A stretch of 64,000 nt of DNA from Monocercomonoides exilis PA203 (taxonomy: Eukaryota > Protista > Preaxostyla), in contig LSRY02000002.1 of NCBI GenBank assembly GCA_001643675.2, positions 1,860,001-1,924,000 on the forward strand. The letters are read 5' to 3'. Of the stretch, positions 63,801-64,000 are shown piece by piece. Both the position numbers and the translations under genes were made by a program. The notes under the pieces were generated by a model. That model ran no database searches, was not told the origin of the DNA, and worked only from the letters and a program-made list of their open reading frames with translations. The first letter of the stretch is position 1; each line of letters starts with the position of its first letter.

Positions 63801-64000
63801 AACATTCAGAAGAAAAAGCAAACAAGATGACTGAAGATAAATGTGCATTTGAAGACAAAAAGAAAGAGAATAAGGATGAAGGAGAGGAAGAGGAAGAGGA
63901 AGAGGAAGAGGAAGAGGAAGAGGAAGAGGAAGAAGAAAAAGAAGAAGAAAAAGAAAAAGAGAAAGAGGAGAAAGAGAATAAAGAGAGAGGAGAAGAAAGA
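57814..64000 (+). CDS. Prominin/tweety-like pentaspan membrane glycoprotein, 3'-truncated by window edge (~7 exons; last exon starts 59363)
   Basis: Signal peptide MFFYFLFSCILTTDAFA, TM1, Cys cluster (CGAICGNCCGCC), TM2, large N-glycosylated loop, TM3, CCLHC, TM4, second large loop, TM5 (~61975-62050), long cytosolic tail. The last exon is missing from the ORF track, consistent with no stop before 64000. Confidence 0.72.

Noticed and set aside
1-64000. Alternative genetic code (TAA/TAG as Gln) or selenocysteine readthrough
   Set aside because: Conserved genes end at the expected positions with TAA (rpiB), TAG (LSm7) or TGA (CDPF1). All internal stops are explained by introns.

Overview
This is gene-dense, intron-rich, AT-rich eukaryotic (protist) DNA read with the standard genetic code. 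Short GT-AG introns with frequent GTTTG donors, pervasive poly-Ser/poly-Glu tracts and bacterial-type metabolic genes suggest an oxymonad such as Monocercomonoides (inference only). I reconstructed 21 gene models by hand, most of them spliced: CDPF1, a 4-TM protein, LSm7 (absent from the ORF track), an ARM-like protein, RpiB, RBBP4/MSI1, a BCH plus degenerate RhoGAP protein with an ER/K tail, WDR44-like, a secreted CX3C-rich protein, three coiled-coil unknowns, a Ser-rich protein with a split F-box, a minimal SH3-PH adaptor, SLBP with a ~1050-aa Ser-rich tail, CDK7-like, EHD, an HMG-box plus DEK-C protein, ELP1, maltose O-acetyltransferase, and a prominin/tweety-like pentaspan protein that runs off the window. 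A 362-bp near-perfect palindrome (MITE/foldback-like) lies in the longest intergenic gap. No rRNA, tRNA or CRISPR was seen. Exon boundaries are inferred by eye and no database search was run.
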